This document shows positions 1 through 9,032 of a stretch of 59,939 nt of DNA, in pieces (positions within the stretch are counted from its first letter, which is position 1; every line of letters begins with the position of its first letter). Origin of the DNA: a virus. Lineage: Duplodnaviria > Caudoviricetes. The stretch is from IMG/VR virus record IMGVR_UViG_3300032313_001910, positions 1-59,939 of that record; one strand, 5' to 3'. Both the position numbers and the translations under genes were made by a program. The notes beneath the pieces are model-generated. The model was given only the letters and a program-made list of their open reading frames with translations. It was not told the DNA's origin and ran no database searches.

Positions 1-351
1 GCAGAAAACTTAGACAAGAATATCTCTTACTCTGAGTATTTAGGCGAAAATCTCGACAAGAACATCTCTTACTCTGAGTATCTAGCAGAAAACTTAGACA
101 AGAATATCTCTTACTCTGAGTATCTAGCAGAAAACTTAGACAAGAACATCTCTTACTCTGAGTATCTAGCAGAAAACTTAGACAAGAACATTTCTTACTC
201 TGAGTATCTAGCAGAAAACTTAGACAAGAATATCTCTTACTCTGATTATCTAGCAGAGAATTTAAACGGATCTATCAATTATGCTGAATACTTAGCAGAA
301 AAAGTTAAGACAGGAATTGAATACTCAGAATACATTGCAGAAAATCTAAAC
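1..351 (+). repeat. In-frame 42-bp (14-aa) tandem repeat, AENLDKNISYSEYL, about 8 copies visible
   Basis: Units start at 1, 43, 85, 127, 169 and 211 (near identical) and at 253, 295 and 337 (degenerate). There are no spacers. Confidence 0.95.
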
Positions 352-966
352 AGCAATTCCCCAGAAAAACAAATGACCAAGAAGATAAACGAATCAGCTT
401 CACAAGGTAAAAGAACTTCAGGATTTTCCGGGAATTACACTTCTCTATCTTCTAAAGTTGATCAACTGATTGAATCAGTTAACAACAAGAAGTTGGAACA
501 AACTATTAATGAAAATAAATATTCTTTCTTGAAACTCGTGGACAACACAACCAAGGAAGGATTTCTATCTTTGAACGAGGCCGAAAAACAGAAGGTCGTA
601 CAAGCTCTTAATGAGCGAGATTACAATTCGGGTACGGATGTAGTCAGAATCATGGGATCAGCTTTAACAGAACAAGCTAACTCAGGAATGAAATTCTTAG
701 ACATGATGCCAGAAGATTGTGCATCTGTGTGGGAGAATCTAAATGAAGCTGCTAGAGCATCTATTATTGCTCAAAGCAAATTCTATAAATTAGAAACTCC
801 TTATCAGATCAACCACTTCTGGAAAACTCGTCCTGGATTTTCTACTCCTGTAGCTAATCTTGAGAAATTAAACGAGTCCCAGAATCCAGAATCAGTTGCA
901 AAAATGGGTGTTAGCAACAGCTATATCCAAAGCATTGCTGCTGAACTGGAAAAACGATTCAAATAA
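1..966 (+). CDS. Prohead core scaffold (or protease-scaffold fusion) protein, 5'-truncated by the window edge
   Basis: Frame 1 is open from base 1 (AENLDKNISYSEYL repeats) into the listed 373..966 ORF, so ATG 373 is internal. It lies directly upstream of the major capsid gene and carries many [LI]NE[SA] motifs (KINES, SLNEA, NLNEA, KLNES) resembling T4 gp21 cleavage sites. Confidence 0.75.
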   Translation, partial: AENLDKNISYSEYLGENLDKNISYSEYLAENLDKNISYSEYLAENLDKNISYSEYLAENLDKNISYSEYLAENLDKNISYSDYLAENLNGSINYAEYLAEKVKTGIEYSEYIAENLNSNSPEKQMTKKINESASQGKRTSGFSGNYTSLSSKVDQLIESVNNKKLEQTINENKYSFLKLVDNTTKEGFLSLNEAEKQKVVQALNERDYNSGTDVVRIMGSALTEQANSGMKFLDMMPEDCASVWENLNEAARASIIAQSKFYKLETPYQINHFWKTRPGFSTPVANLEKLNESQNPESVAKMGVSNSYIQSIAAELEKRFK

Positions 967-982
967 ATGATCTTTAAATAAG

Positions 983-2782
983 ATGCAACTTTTAAATCAA
1001 AATGAGATCTACGAAACGTGGTCTCCTATTATCGAAAGTAAGACCGGCATCGCTGATCGTACAAAGGTTGAATGGCTTTCTAAATACTGCCACTTCCACT
1101 CTCTGAACGAATCTGCCGGAGCTTACAACACCCTTGGCGCTTTAAACGGCATGGGTTCAGTAGCACCCCCTACTAACTATGCTGGCGGTATCGCAGGCTT
1201 AGGAAATAACGCTGCAGGTCCTGCTGGTTTTTATTACAACAACACTTATGACGCTGGTCGTCCTTATGTTGGTTCTGGTGATAAATTCCCATCACTTCTT
1301 CCATTGGCTATTCAGGTAGCTGCTAAAACCGTTGGTTTTGACGTAGTTCCTGTTATCCCTATGTCTGGTCCTACAGGTGTACTTTCATACCTTGACTATG
1401 TGTATGCAGGTGGTACTCTTGCTGGTACTTCTACCAACAGTGAAAACAACTACACTGCTAACACTCCAGACATGATTAAGATCCCTACTGACATTGCTTC
1501 TCCAGCAACTGGTCTTACAGTAGCTAACTATTACATCATTGGGGTTGCTTTATCAGGTAACCAAAACTTAACTACTGGTGCTAATGCTCTTATCGGAGAA
1601 TTCGTTGGTTACTCACGTATCGACGGTTTTCCTATTTTCAGAGTTTGGGCAATCGGAAGTGGTGACTCTGTAGCAACTGTTATTCCTTCAACTGGTACTG
1701 CTGATATCTACGCAACTACTTGGACAGAAGGTACAGCTTTAACTGCTGTTAACGTTGGCTCATTGGCTGCTACCACAGCTGGTTCTGCAGTTCTAGTTAA
1801 AACTCTAGAAGATCACATCCAAGGTTTCTCTGGTGCTGGCACCAACAACACCAACAGCTGGCAAGGTCCTTATGTAGATGGAACTCAAAACTACGATCCT
1901 ATGGCAAGAGGTGTAGCCGAGAGCACTTATTACAAGTCTCTAGGTCTTTCTACCTTCACTAAGTTCGTAGAAGCTGGTACTTTCCAAGTTGCTGCTTCTG
2001 TTACTACTGAGCAAATCCAAGACCTTAACAAGCAGTTCGGTATCGATGTAGTTTCTATGATCGAAAACGCTCTTGTTAACGAAGTTTCTCAGGCTATTAA
2101 CAAGCACATCCTTTCCAGAGGATTCGCTCTTGGTTGGTCTAACCACTCAGAGTTCTTCTTAACTGAAGCAACCAACCTTAACCTTAACTTGGTTATCGGT
2201 GGTACTGCTTCTTACTCGGTTCCTAACTACATTGGTAAAACGGGTGCTGCTATCTCTGGTCCTTCTAAGCCAGGTGCCGTTGCAGGTCCTGCATCAGGTG
2301 GTTTCGAAAACCAGTCAACTGTTCAAAGAAGACTGTTCTCAAGAATCCTTGCATCTGCTAACGTAATCGCTAACAGAGGTAGAAGAGGTCCTGCTAACTT
2401 CATCGTTACTAACGCTCAGATCGCTTCTGCGCTTCAGGACATTAGCCAGTTCACTTTTGCTCCTTTCACTAACACTCTAACTCAGAACAACGGTACACTT
2501 TACCCAGTAGGTTCACTTGCTGGTATGACAGTTTACGTTGATCAGAACATGTCATTCGGTGACACCAGAGTATTAGTTGGTAGAAAAGGTGCTGACGATG
2601 AGCCTGGTATGAAGTTCATGCCTTACATGATGGCTGAATCTATTCAGACTATCTCTGAAGGTACCATGTCACCAAAGATCGCGGTTAAATCTCGTTACGC
2701 TTTGGTTGAAGCTGGTCACCACCCAGAGACCATGTATTTCTGCTTCCACGTTAACGTTGGAACTTCTACTGCTATCATCTAA
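983..2782 (+). CDS. gp23: Major capsid protein, T4 gp23-like
   Basis: Motifs WSPIIE, VGFDVVPVIPMSGPTG, EQIQDLNKQFGID, NEVSQAINKHIL, IANRGRRGPANFIV and GMKFMPY..TMSPKIAVKSRYAL match the gp23 family. The gene shows high-expression codon bias and is followed by a terminator. Confidence 0.95.
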   Translation: MQLLNQNEIYETWSPIIESKTGIADRTKVEWLSKYCHFHSLNESAGAYNTLGALNGMGSVAPPTNYAGGIAGLGNNAAGPAGFYYNNTYDAGRPYVGSGDKFPSLLPLAIQVAAKTVGFDVVPVIPMSGPTGVLSYLDYVYAGGTLAGTSTNSENNYTANTPDMIKIPTDIASPATGLTVANYYIIGVALSGNQNLTTGANALIGEFVGYSRIDGFPIFRVWAIGSGDSVATVIPSTGTADIYATTWTEGTALTAVNVGSLAATTAGSAVLVKTLEDHIQGFSGAGTNNTNSWQGPYVDGTQNYDPMARGVAESTYYKSLGLSTFTKFVEAGTFQVAASVTTEQIQDLNKQFGIDVVSMIENALVNEVSQAINKHILSRGFALGWSNHSEFFLTEATNLNLNLVIGGTASYSVPNYIGKTGAAISGPSKPGAVAGPASGGFENQSTVQRRLFSRILASANVIANRGRRGPANFIVTNAQIASALQDISQFTFAPFTNTLTQNNGTLYPVGSLAGMTVYVDQNMSFGDTRVLVGRKGADDEPGMKFMPYMMAESIQTISEGTMSPKIAVKSRYALVEAGHHPETMYFCFHVNVGTSTAII

Positions 2783-2803
2783 TCGATCTAGTAGATAAAA
2801 CTC

Positions 2804-2837
2804 AAAAAGAGCCTCAAGAAATTGGGGCTCTTTTTTT
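2804..2837 (+). terminator. Rho-independent terminator after the capsid gene
   Basis: GAGCCTCAA-GAAA-TTGGGGCTC stem-loop followed by T7 and preceded by A5. Confidence 0.9.
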
Positions 2838-2873
2838 GTGCACCTTTATATAATAGAAACACACCAATGTAAG

Positions 2874-2881
2874 GATATATA
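2874..2881 (+). promoter_or_regulatory. Putative late promoter GATATATA
   Basis: Recurrent intergenic motif, 17 nt before ATG 2899 and directly after a terminator. Confidence 0.65.
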
Positions 2882-2898
2882 ATAAAAATTATTGTTCC

Positions 2899-3849
2899 AT
2901 GTTATTAGAAAACATAAATCAATTTAAAAAGATAAAATCCCTATTCGAACAAGATTTTGGACCTAGTCAAGTTTATTCTGTGGTAAGAAAGGATCCAGAC
3001 TTTAGAAACATCTCTAACGTTGAATTAGCTTCAGCGGTAGATAAAGTTTATGAAGGATTTGGTGAAAAAATTCTAAATACTGCAAGCAAAGCTTTCGGTG
3101 GAGACATTTCTAAAATAGATACTGTTTTGACCCAAATGAAAGAACAAGAATTAAAATTCAACAAAGAAGAAAATGAAATTTATGTTGAGTTTTATAATCT
3201 CCTTGAAAAACAAAAAGATCTACAAAAGCAAAAGGATAATCCTGAGTATAAAAACATGATGAAAGAGATCACGCAGGCTATGAATTCTTTAAATTCTAGA
3301 ATGGATGAATTAACCAAGTCTCATGATAAAATTTTTAATGCTTTAGAGGAAAAGGTAAAATCACTTACAGGTAAAAACAACAGGAAGAAGAAGTACTTCA
3401 ATGCTAAAAGAGCTACCGATGTTCTAGAAACCCAATCGGACAGATACGAAAAAATTAAAAGCCTGACCAAAAAGAGCACAGAAAGGGCAAACTCACTAGA
3501 AAAATTCTTTGGTGTTAGACAGGAAGAAATAGAAAAAGATGTAAATGATGCAGAGAAAAAAGCTAAAGAAGCAGTTTCCAGCATAACACCATCTGCTAGT
3601 GATTCTGCTAATCTAACACAAGATCCAGAGAAAGGATTTTTTGCAAAGTTCGAATTGATTAAAAATTCTTCGCAGACAGACTCTAAAAAGAGATGGGCAA
3701 TGAAAGAACTATTAAAAAAACTGGATTCTTTGATTGATTCAAATGATTTTGACACTTTCGAAAACACAAGACAATCTGCAATTGTTCAGTTTTTTATGGA
3801 AGTTGAAAAAGAGATAGAAAAAGTCGAAAAAAAAATTTATAAGGCGTAA
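2899..3849 (+). CDS. Coiled-coil protein, probable internal head/virion protein
   Basis: Long K/E-rich helical ORF after the capsid gene. The segment EGFGEKILNTASKAFGG..KIDTVL resembles the start of the next gene (probable paralog). Confidence 0.6.
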   Translation: MLLENINQFKKIKSLFEQDFGPSQVYSVVRKDPDFRNISNVELASAVDKVYEGFGEKILNTASKAFGGDISKIDTVLTQMKEQELKFNKEENEIYVEFYNLLEKQKDLQKQKDNPEYKNMMKEITQAMNSLNSRMDELTKSHDKIFNALEEKVKSLTGKNNRKKKYFNAKRATDVLETQSDRYEKIKSLTKKSTERANSLEKFFGVRQEEIEKDVNDAEKKAKEAVSSITPSASDSANLTQDPEKGFFAKFELIKNSSQTDSKKRWAMKELLKKLDSLIDSNDFDTFENTRQSAIVQFFMEVEKEIEKVEKKIYKA

Positions 3850-4712
3850 TGAGGATTCTCAGGGTAAATGAATTCTGCGGAATAAACGAAGGAATACTTT
3901 CCTCTATTGGTTATGGATTGTCTAAGCTTCTTAGTGGAAAAAAAGGAGAAATAGAATCTCTTTTAAAGAAGGTGAGACAAGCTAAAATGGATGAGGTAAA
4001 GGAAACAGTAGAAATCGAAAGGGAGATATCTAAATATTCAAAATCGGATTCAATGGAATCTAGATTTAATGTTCAAAACTTAAATAAGCAGTTAAGAACT
4101 ATCTCATCATTAAAAGAAAGGGAGGCTCAGTCCTATATAAAAGAACTGAATAAAATTTCCAAAAATAATCCAAAATTAGAAGCTATGGTAGCTTCCGAGC
4201 TTTCTAAAATACAAGTCGAAGCAACAAGGGAACTCATTAAGAGAATTTCTCCATACAAAGAAGAGACAGATTTACAGAGGCTAAACAGGGAATTTGATAG
4301 TTTAGTAAAATCCGCAACAGCAAAAGAAAAAGAATATCAAAGATCTGAATTATCGGACGAACCTAGATTTGTACCAGACGAGACGAGCGCAAATGTTATT
4401 TCTTTTGTTGATTTGGATTCTCAAAAAGCATCCGAGTTTTTAAAGAATTTGCCAGACACTGAATTAGAACAAATTCACAGGTCTTTGACTGACTGGAGAT
4501 TTAAGCTGGAGGTAGAGCTGGGAAACCAAGTCACTGAATTAAGAAAAGAAATCAAAAAAACGGAAAAGGAAGGAAGCACATGGATTATTCCGCAGCTAGA
4601 AGCAGAACTACTTAGAATAACATACCACAACAAAAAACCAATTGATAAGATCAAATCTAAAATACAATTGGTAGAAAAAGAAATTAAGACAAGAAGATAT
4701 GGCAATCAATAA
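3849..4712 (+). CDS. Coiled-coil protein with capsid-targeting-like N-terminus, probable internal head protein
   Basis: Starts MRILRVNEFCGINE; TAATG coupling to the previous gene. Confidence 0.6.
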   Translation: MRILRVNEFCGINEGILSSIGYGLSKLLSGKKGEIESLLKKVRQAKMDEVKETVEIEREISKYSKSDSMESRFNVQNLNKQLRTISSLKEREAQSYIKELNKISKNNPKLEAMVASELSKIQVEATRELIKRISPYKEETDLQRLNREFDSLVKSATAKEKEYQRSELSDEPRFVPDETSANVISFVDLDSQKASEFLKNLPDTELEQIHRSLTDWRFKLEVELGNQVTELRKEIKKTEKEGSTWIIPQLEAELLRITYHNKKPIDKIKSKIQLVEKEIKTRRYGNQ

Positions 4713-4977
4713 ATACCTAGATTTTTTAAACGAGGAAGATGTCAAGGCAAAAACCAAAGAAATGCAGGATAAAACTAATGCAGAAAAAGAGATTTTGGAG
4801 ATAGACAAAAGAATTTCTGACGTGGATCTTGCTATAGCCAATCTAATGAAAAGAGAGAAAGACGGAACACTCAAAAGAAGTGAATCTCTTGTCCAACAAG
4901 CTATTGAATTACAGAAGAAGGTAGCAGAGTATCAAAAGAAATCTGTTTCTGTCAAAAAGATAGAAGATTTGGAATAA
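4699..4977 (+). CDS. Small coiled-coil protein with capsid-targeting-like N-terminus
   Basis: Starts MAINKYLDFLNEE and overlaps the previous stop. Confidence 0.6.
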   Translation: MAINKYLDFLNEEDVKAKTKEMQDKTNAEKEILEIDKRISDVDLAIANLMKREKDGTLKRSESLVQQAIELQKKVAEYQKKSVSVKKIEDLE

Positions 4978-4981
4978 AACA

Positions 4982-4989
4982 GATATATA
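4982..4989 (+). promoter_or_regulatory. Putative late promoter GATATATA
   Basis: Intergenic, 18 nt before ATG 5008. Confidence 0.65.
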
Positions 4990-5007
4990 AAACAATAATA
5001 TAAAAAG

Positions 5008-5553
5008 ATGAAGCCTATTTACAATCCACTATTTGAGTCCTTATACGGACAGGCAAAAACAAGACCAATCACTTTCGAAGTTTATGAAGAGGAATCTCCA
5101 GGAGCTATGAAGACAGAAGATGTTAAAAAATACTTTATGGAGATATTAAATTCTCTACAGCTAAACGTAAGTAGTTACATTCTAGGCTATCCTCTGGCAG
5201 AAAGCAGAGCCGAAATGATAAAGAAATACTTGGATCTTTTTCCTAAACTTGAAAATAATTCTTCTCTAGAGGATCTAGTTAAAGCTTTGGTTGGTGCTTG
5301 GAACGATATTGCAATAGCACAAGTTCAAAAATCTTCAAAGAAAAAAGTTTTAGAGCCAGTTTACGGAAGGGTTAATGCAGGAATTAAAGAATTGGAGGGA
5401 GCTTTTGAAGAACTAAAAAAGAAAGCAGGAGATAACATTAATTCTAAAGAAATTATTGACTCTATTAACACAGAAATGAAATCTCTTTTAGGAAAATTAA
5501 GTTCAGAAATACTTAAAAAATACCAAGAGTATTTAAACCCGGTAAAAAAATAA
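5008..5553 (+). CDS. Hypothetical helical protein, possible head protein
   Basis: Clean ORF in the head cluster. Its N-terminus YNPLFESL resembles FSPNFMSLMESL of the next gene. Confidence 0.55.
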   Translation: MKPIYNPLFESLYGQAKTRPITFEVYEEESPGAMKTEDVKKYFMEILNSLQLNVSSYILGYPLAESRAEMIKKYLDLFPKLENNSSLEDLVKALVGAWNDIAIAQVQKSSKKKVLEPVYGRVNAGIKELEGAFEELKKKAGDNINSKEIIDSINTEMKSLLGKLSSEILKKYQEYLNPVKK

Positions 5554-5559
5554 TTAAAA

Positions 5560-7014
5560 ATGAGCAATAAAAGATTTAGTCCAAATTTTATGTCCTTGAT
5601 GGAAAGCCTACACTCTTCGGAAGAAGTTTATAACGTTCAAGAAGACAGAGAAACAAGACAAGAAAAAAGACAAGAAAGAAGAGAAAAAAGATTCGAAGAG
5701 AAAGGAAACTTAAAAGCTTTTATTCAAAATCTAGAAACTCTAAAAAGCCAGCTTATTTCTAACGTCGTAGATACAGATCATTGGATCCAACAAAATCCGG
5801 GTTCAACATTTTATCCAGGATACAAAAAAACATTCATAGATCTTCTGGAAAGAGTAGCAAAAATCATGGGAGATGCTATTTACATTTCTAAAAAGGAAGG
5901 TAAAAAACTAGAAGCAGAAGATCAAGAAGTTCTAAAAGGACTCCTAGATAACTATAATGATATCAAAGGAGAATATGAGTCTACAGCTGGTAAATATTCT
6001 AGCGGATCAACTCAAGAGGTTATCAAGGGCCAGAAAGAATTAAAATACAAAGAGATTTCTGCAAAACTTATTGCAGCGGCTAAATATTTTCAAGAGGCTG
6101 CACAAGAAAATCTTAAACTTCTAGATTCTTTAAAATCTGGAAAAGATCCCGAAGGATCAGAGGCAAAACAAGGAGAATCTGCTGGTGAAGTTAAAGTTGA
6201 ATCCCCTATAAAGAAAGGAGCAGGTTCCAAAAAAGAACCTAACGAAAAAGTAAGGGAGGTACAAAAACTCATTCTGGGTAAATTTAAAAACAACGAAAGA
6301 GTTAAAAAAAGCAGTGTTTGGAAAAACTTTGCTAAATATAAACCAGACGGAATCTTTGGAAATGCCACTGCTAGTATTATTCCTCCTTTAAAAGCCGGAT
6401 TTGGTATGAGTGACACCACATCGGACATCACACAGGATTTCATCAACAAGCTTACTGCTGTTAAAGAAGCTTTGATGGAATCAGTCATTACTAGTTTTTC
6501 GGATTTTATGAGAATTAACGAGGATTTTGATTTTGATGCCTTTGAAAAATCTGCCAAATCATCTTCAAGTGCTTCTGGTAAATCTAAATCACAGGGGTCT
6601 TCAGGTTCAGGAGAATCTAAAAAAGAAGAAACCAAAAAAGAAGAAACCAAAAATAAGGTGGTAAAATCTTATGACACGAAAGCAATCAACGAAAAAGCTT
6701 TTAAAATTTTTCTCGGCTTCAGTGGTGACTTTGACGAAGACGAGCAAGCGATTTTTGATGTTATAAAAACAATAAAGGATAAAAGAGAATTTGAACTCGT
6801 GGAAGCTAGTTTTGCCAAGATGAAAATACAGAAGCTAGACCTAAATAACAACCGGCTTTCAAATGCCAAGAGAGATTGGCAATATTTTGTAGATAAAAAC
6901 AAGGATTACAAAACATACTGGGGGCTGAGAAAAGGATGTGTCCCTGAATATTTTAATTCATCAGAGATCGCTAGATTGAATAGTTATCTTCCTGACGGGG
7001 TAGAAAAATTCTAA
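5560..7014 (+). CDS. Probable virion protein with a peptidoglycan-binding-like domain
   Basis: VREVQKLIL...PDGIFGNATASII resembles PG_binding_1. There is an internal ITSFSDFMRINE motif and a C-terminal DEDEQAIFDVIKTI segment. Confidence 0.55.
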   Translation: MSNKRFSPNFMSLMESLHSSEEVYNVQEDRETRQEKRQERREKRFEEKGNLKAFIQNLETLKSQLISNVVDTDHWIQQNPGSTFYPGYKKTFIDLLERVAKIMGDAIYISKKEGKKLEAEDQEVLKGLLDNYNDIKGEYESTAGKYSSGSTQEVIKGQKELKYKEISAKLIAAAKYFQEAAQENLKLLDSLKSGKDPEGSEAKQGESAGEVKVESPIKKGAGSKKEPNEKVREVQKLILGKFKNNERVKKSSVWKNFAKYKPDGIFGNATASIIPPLKAGFGMSDTTSDITQDFINKLTAVKEALMESVITSFSDFMRINEDFDFDAFEKSAKSSSSASGKSKSQGSSGSGESKKEETKKEETKNKVVKSYDTKAINEKAFKIFLGFSGDFDEDEQAIFDVIKTIKDKREFELVEASFAKMKIQKLDLNNNRLSNAKRDWQYFVDKNKDYKTYWGLRKGCVPEYFNSSEIARLNSYLPDGVEKF

Positions 7015-7056
7015 ATACGAAATTTTTAATTATTTTAGGGGTATAAATGAAAATTT

Positions 7057-7605
7057 ATGCCCCTATTAATTGTTGAAGGTCCGAGAAAAGCAGGTAAATC
7101 CCACTTAGTGTCAAACCAAACTGTTTGTCCGGTATTTAAGTTTGATTTTAATAAAAACTTCTCGATGTGGAACATGGGGAGAGAATCTAAGGAAACGCAC
7201 TTTTGGGGACTAGGGAAAGAAGTTATGCTTCATGAACTAAATAAAGGGGGATATCTCAGGGATAACTGGCTTCTTGTAGATAGAGGAATATTAACTAATT
7301 CTGTTTGGGGAGTTTTTCAAAAAAGAATATCCAAACAACAAGCAATTGGGGATCTGACCAAATTTTCGGATCTTGGTCTTCTAGAGAATACAAGATTTCT
7401 ACTAATCGAAGGCAAATGGGAAGAACAAAGAAAAAAAGATATCTGGGACGTGGATGACACAAGAGGAGAAGAAGAAAGATTACTTTTTTCGTCATTTTCG
7501 CAAACGCTACTTGACTTAAATGTTCCGGTTGATACTTTCCATAACCAATTCAACGAAGATAGCTTAAAAAGCTTTATTTCGCTTTTAAAGAATATTACAA
7601 ATTAA
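7057..7605 (+). CDS. P-loop nucleoside monophosphate kinase (thymidylate/deoxynucleoside kinase-like)
   Basis: LIVEGPRKAGKS Walker A motif and the LLVDRG motif typical of dTMP/dNMP kinases. Confidence 0.7.
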   Translation: MPLLIVEGPRKAGKSHLVSNQTVCPVFKFDFNKNFSMWNMGRESKETHFWGLGKEVMLHELNKGGYLRDNWLLVDRGILTNSVWGVFQKRISKQQAIGDLTKFSDLGLLENTRFLLIEGKWEEQRKKDIWDVDDTRGEEERLLFSSFSQTLLDLNVPVDTFHNQFNEDSLKSFISLLKNITN

Positions 7606-7610
7606 AATAT

Positions 7611-9032
7611 ATGTGTGGAATTTTAGTAGCAAAGAGACCTTCTGACGAGAGAATAGCATCAATCTCTCATAGAGGTATAGAATATGACATAGTAGATGAA
7701 AACGGGATAACCCTTATTCATCACCGTTTACCCATACAAACAATAGACGGAGACGGTTGGAGACAGCCTATATCAATAGGAAAAAATAGGTGGCTTTTAT
7801 TTAATGGGGAGATTTTCAACTATAGTGGGGGTTACGATTCAGATACCGCTTATCTACAAAACCTTTTTAGCACCTTTAATTTTTCGGGAATAGGAATGCT
7901 TCAAGCATTATACGAACCACATGTTGTTTCATGGGACGGTTTTTGGGCAATAGTTTTAGTGGATACAGAGAAAAGAGAAGTATACGCATTCACCGACCCG
8001 CTTGGTAAAAAATGCCTTTATAAAAATAACGAGGGAGAAGTTTGCTCTGAAATAAAAGGACTTTTAGAAGAAGGCGAAACTCATCAGATAGACAGTTCTT
8101 TTTTAAGTGGTGTAGTTAAATTTGGATATTTACCAAATTCTCAGACATTATATGATAGGATCAAAAGGCTAGAACCAAACAGATTCCACCATTGGTCGTT
8201 CGACAACCCTGCAAAAATGGAATCTTCCGATCCGTATTATAATTTCAATGTTCCCGTTAAAGAATTTGGATCGTACGAAGAAAAGATGGATTGGTTATGG
8301 GAAAAATTAGAACTTTCAGTGGAAAGCAGATTAATCTCCAAAAACTACCCAACTTCTCTTTTACTTTCAGGGGGTTTGGATTCTTCTATAATAGCTGGTC
8401 TTCTTCTTAAACTGAATGCTGACGTCAAATTCTATTCTATTGCTAATGGAGAAGACGAGAAGTATGTACAGGAATGTGAGAGATATTGGGAAATCTCATC
8501 TAATAGATTGAATTATTCTATCGATCTAGAAAATCCGGACGAAAAAAAGAAAATAAGCGAAATCTATACAAAATGGAATGAATCACCTATTGATATGGGA
8601 AGCGTTGTTCCTCAATATCATTTGTTTGAAGCTATTAAGGAAGGAACTAACACTAGAATCGTTATTTCAGGGGATGGGGCAGACGAATTATTTGGTGGAT
8701 ATAGAAGAATAAATGAATATGATTCACAAAAGAGCGATGTGTTTCACGAATTAACTTATTATCATCTTCCGAGACTAGATAAATTATCCATGGCCCATAC
8801 ACTAGAACTGAGAAATCCTTTTTTAAATTTAGATATAGTTAGATTTGCTTTACATCTTCCCTTCGAGGAAAGGAAGAACAAGAAAATTCTTAAAGACACT
8901 TTTAAAGGATTAATACCTGATTCCATTATAGAAAGATCTAAATTAGCTCTGAAAAATACAAAAATTGTAGAGGATCAGATCCAATACAGAAAACAAATAG
9001 TTGGATTATTCGGTATCTTCACCGGTTTGTAG
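7611..9032 (+). CDS. asnB: Asparagine synthetase B-like glutamine amidotransferase
   Basis: N-terminal MCGI (Ntn Cys), HRG, HRL, FNGEIFNY, DPLGKK, LSGGLDSS, SGDGADELFGGY, RLDKLSMAHTLELRNPFL. Confidence 0.9.
   Translation: MCGILVAKRPSDERIASISHRGIEYDIVDENGITLIHHRLPIQTIDGDGWRQPISIGKNRWLLFNGEIFNYSGGYDSDTAYLQNLFSTFNFSGIGMLQALYEPHVVSWDGFWAIVLVDTEKREVYAFTDPLGKKCLYKNNEGEVCSEIKGLLEEGETHQIDSSFLSGVVKFGYLPNSQTLYDRIKRLEPNRFHHWSFDNPAKMESSDPYYNFNVPVKEFGSYEEKMDWLWEKLELSVESRLISKNYPTSLLLSGGLDSSIIAGLLLKLNADVKFYSIANGEDEKYVQECERYWEISSNRLNYSIDLENPDEKKKISEIYTKWNESPIDMGSVVPQYHLFEAIKEGTNTRIVISGDGADELFGGYRRINEYDSQKSDVFHELTYYHLPRLDKLSMAHTLELRNPFLNLDIVRFALHLPFEERKNKKILKDTFKGLIPDSIIERSKLALKNTKIVEDQIQYRKQIVGLFGIFTGL

Noticed and set aside
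1-351. 42-bp repeats as a CRISPR array
   Set aside because: Units are contiguous with no unique spacers, are a multiple of 3 and keep an open frame into the scaffold gene.
373-966. ATG 373 as the true start of a 197-aa protein
   Set aside because: The frame is open and repeat-coding from base 1, so the gene begins upstream of the window.
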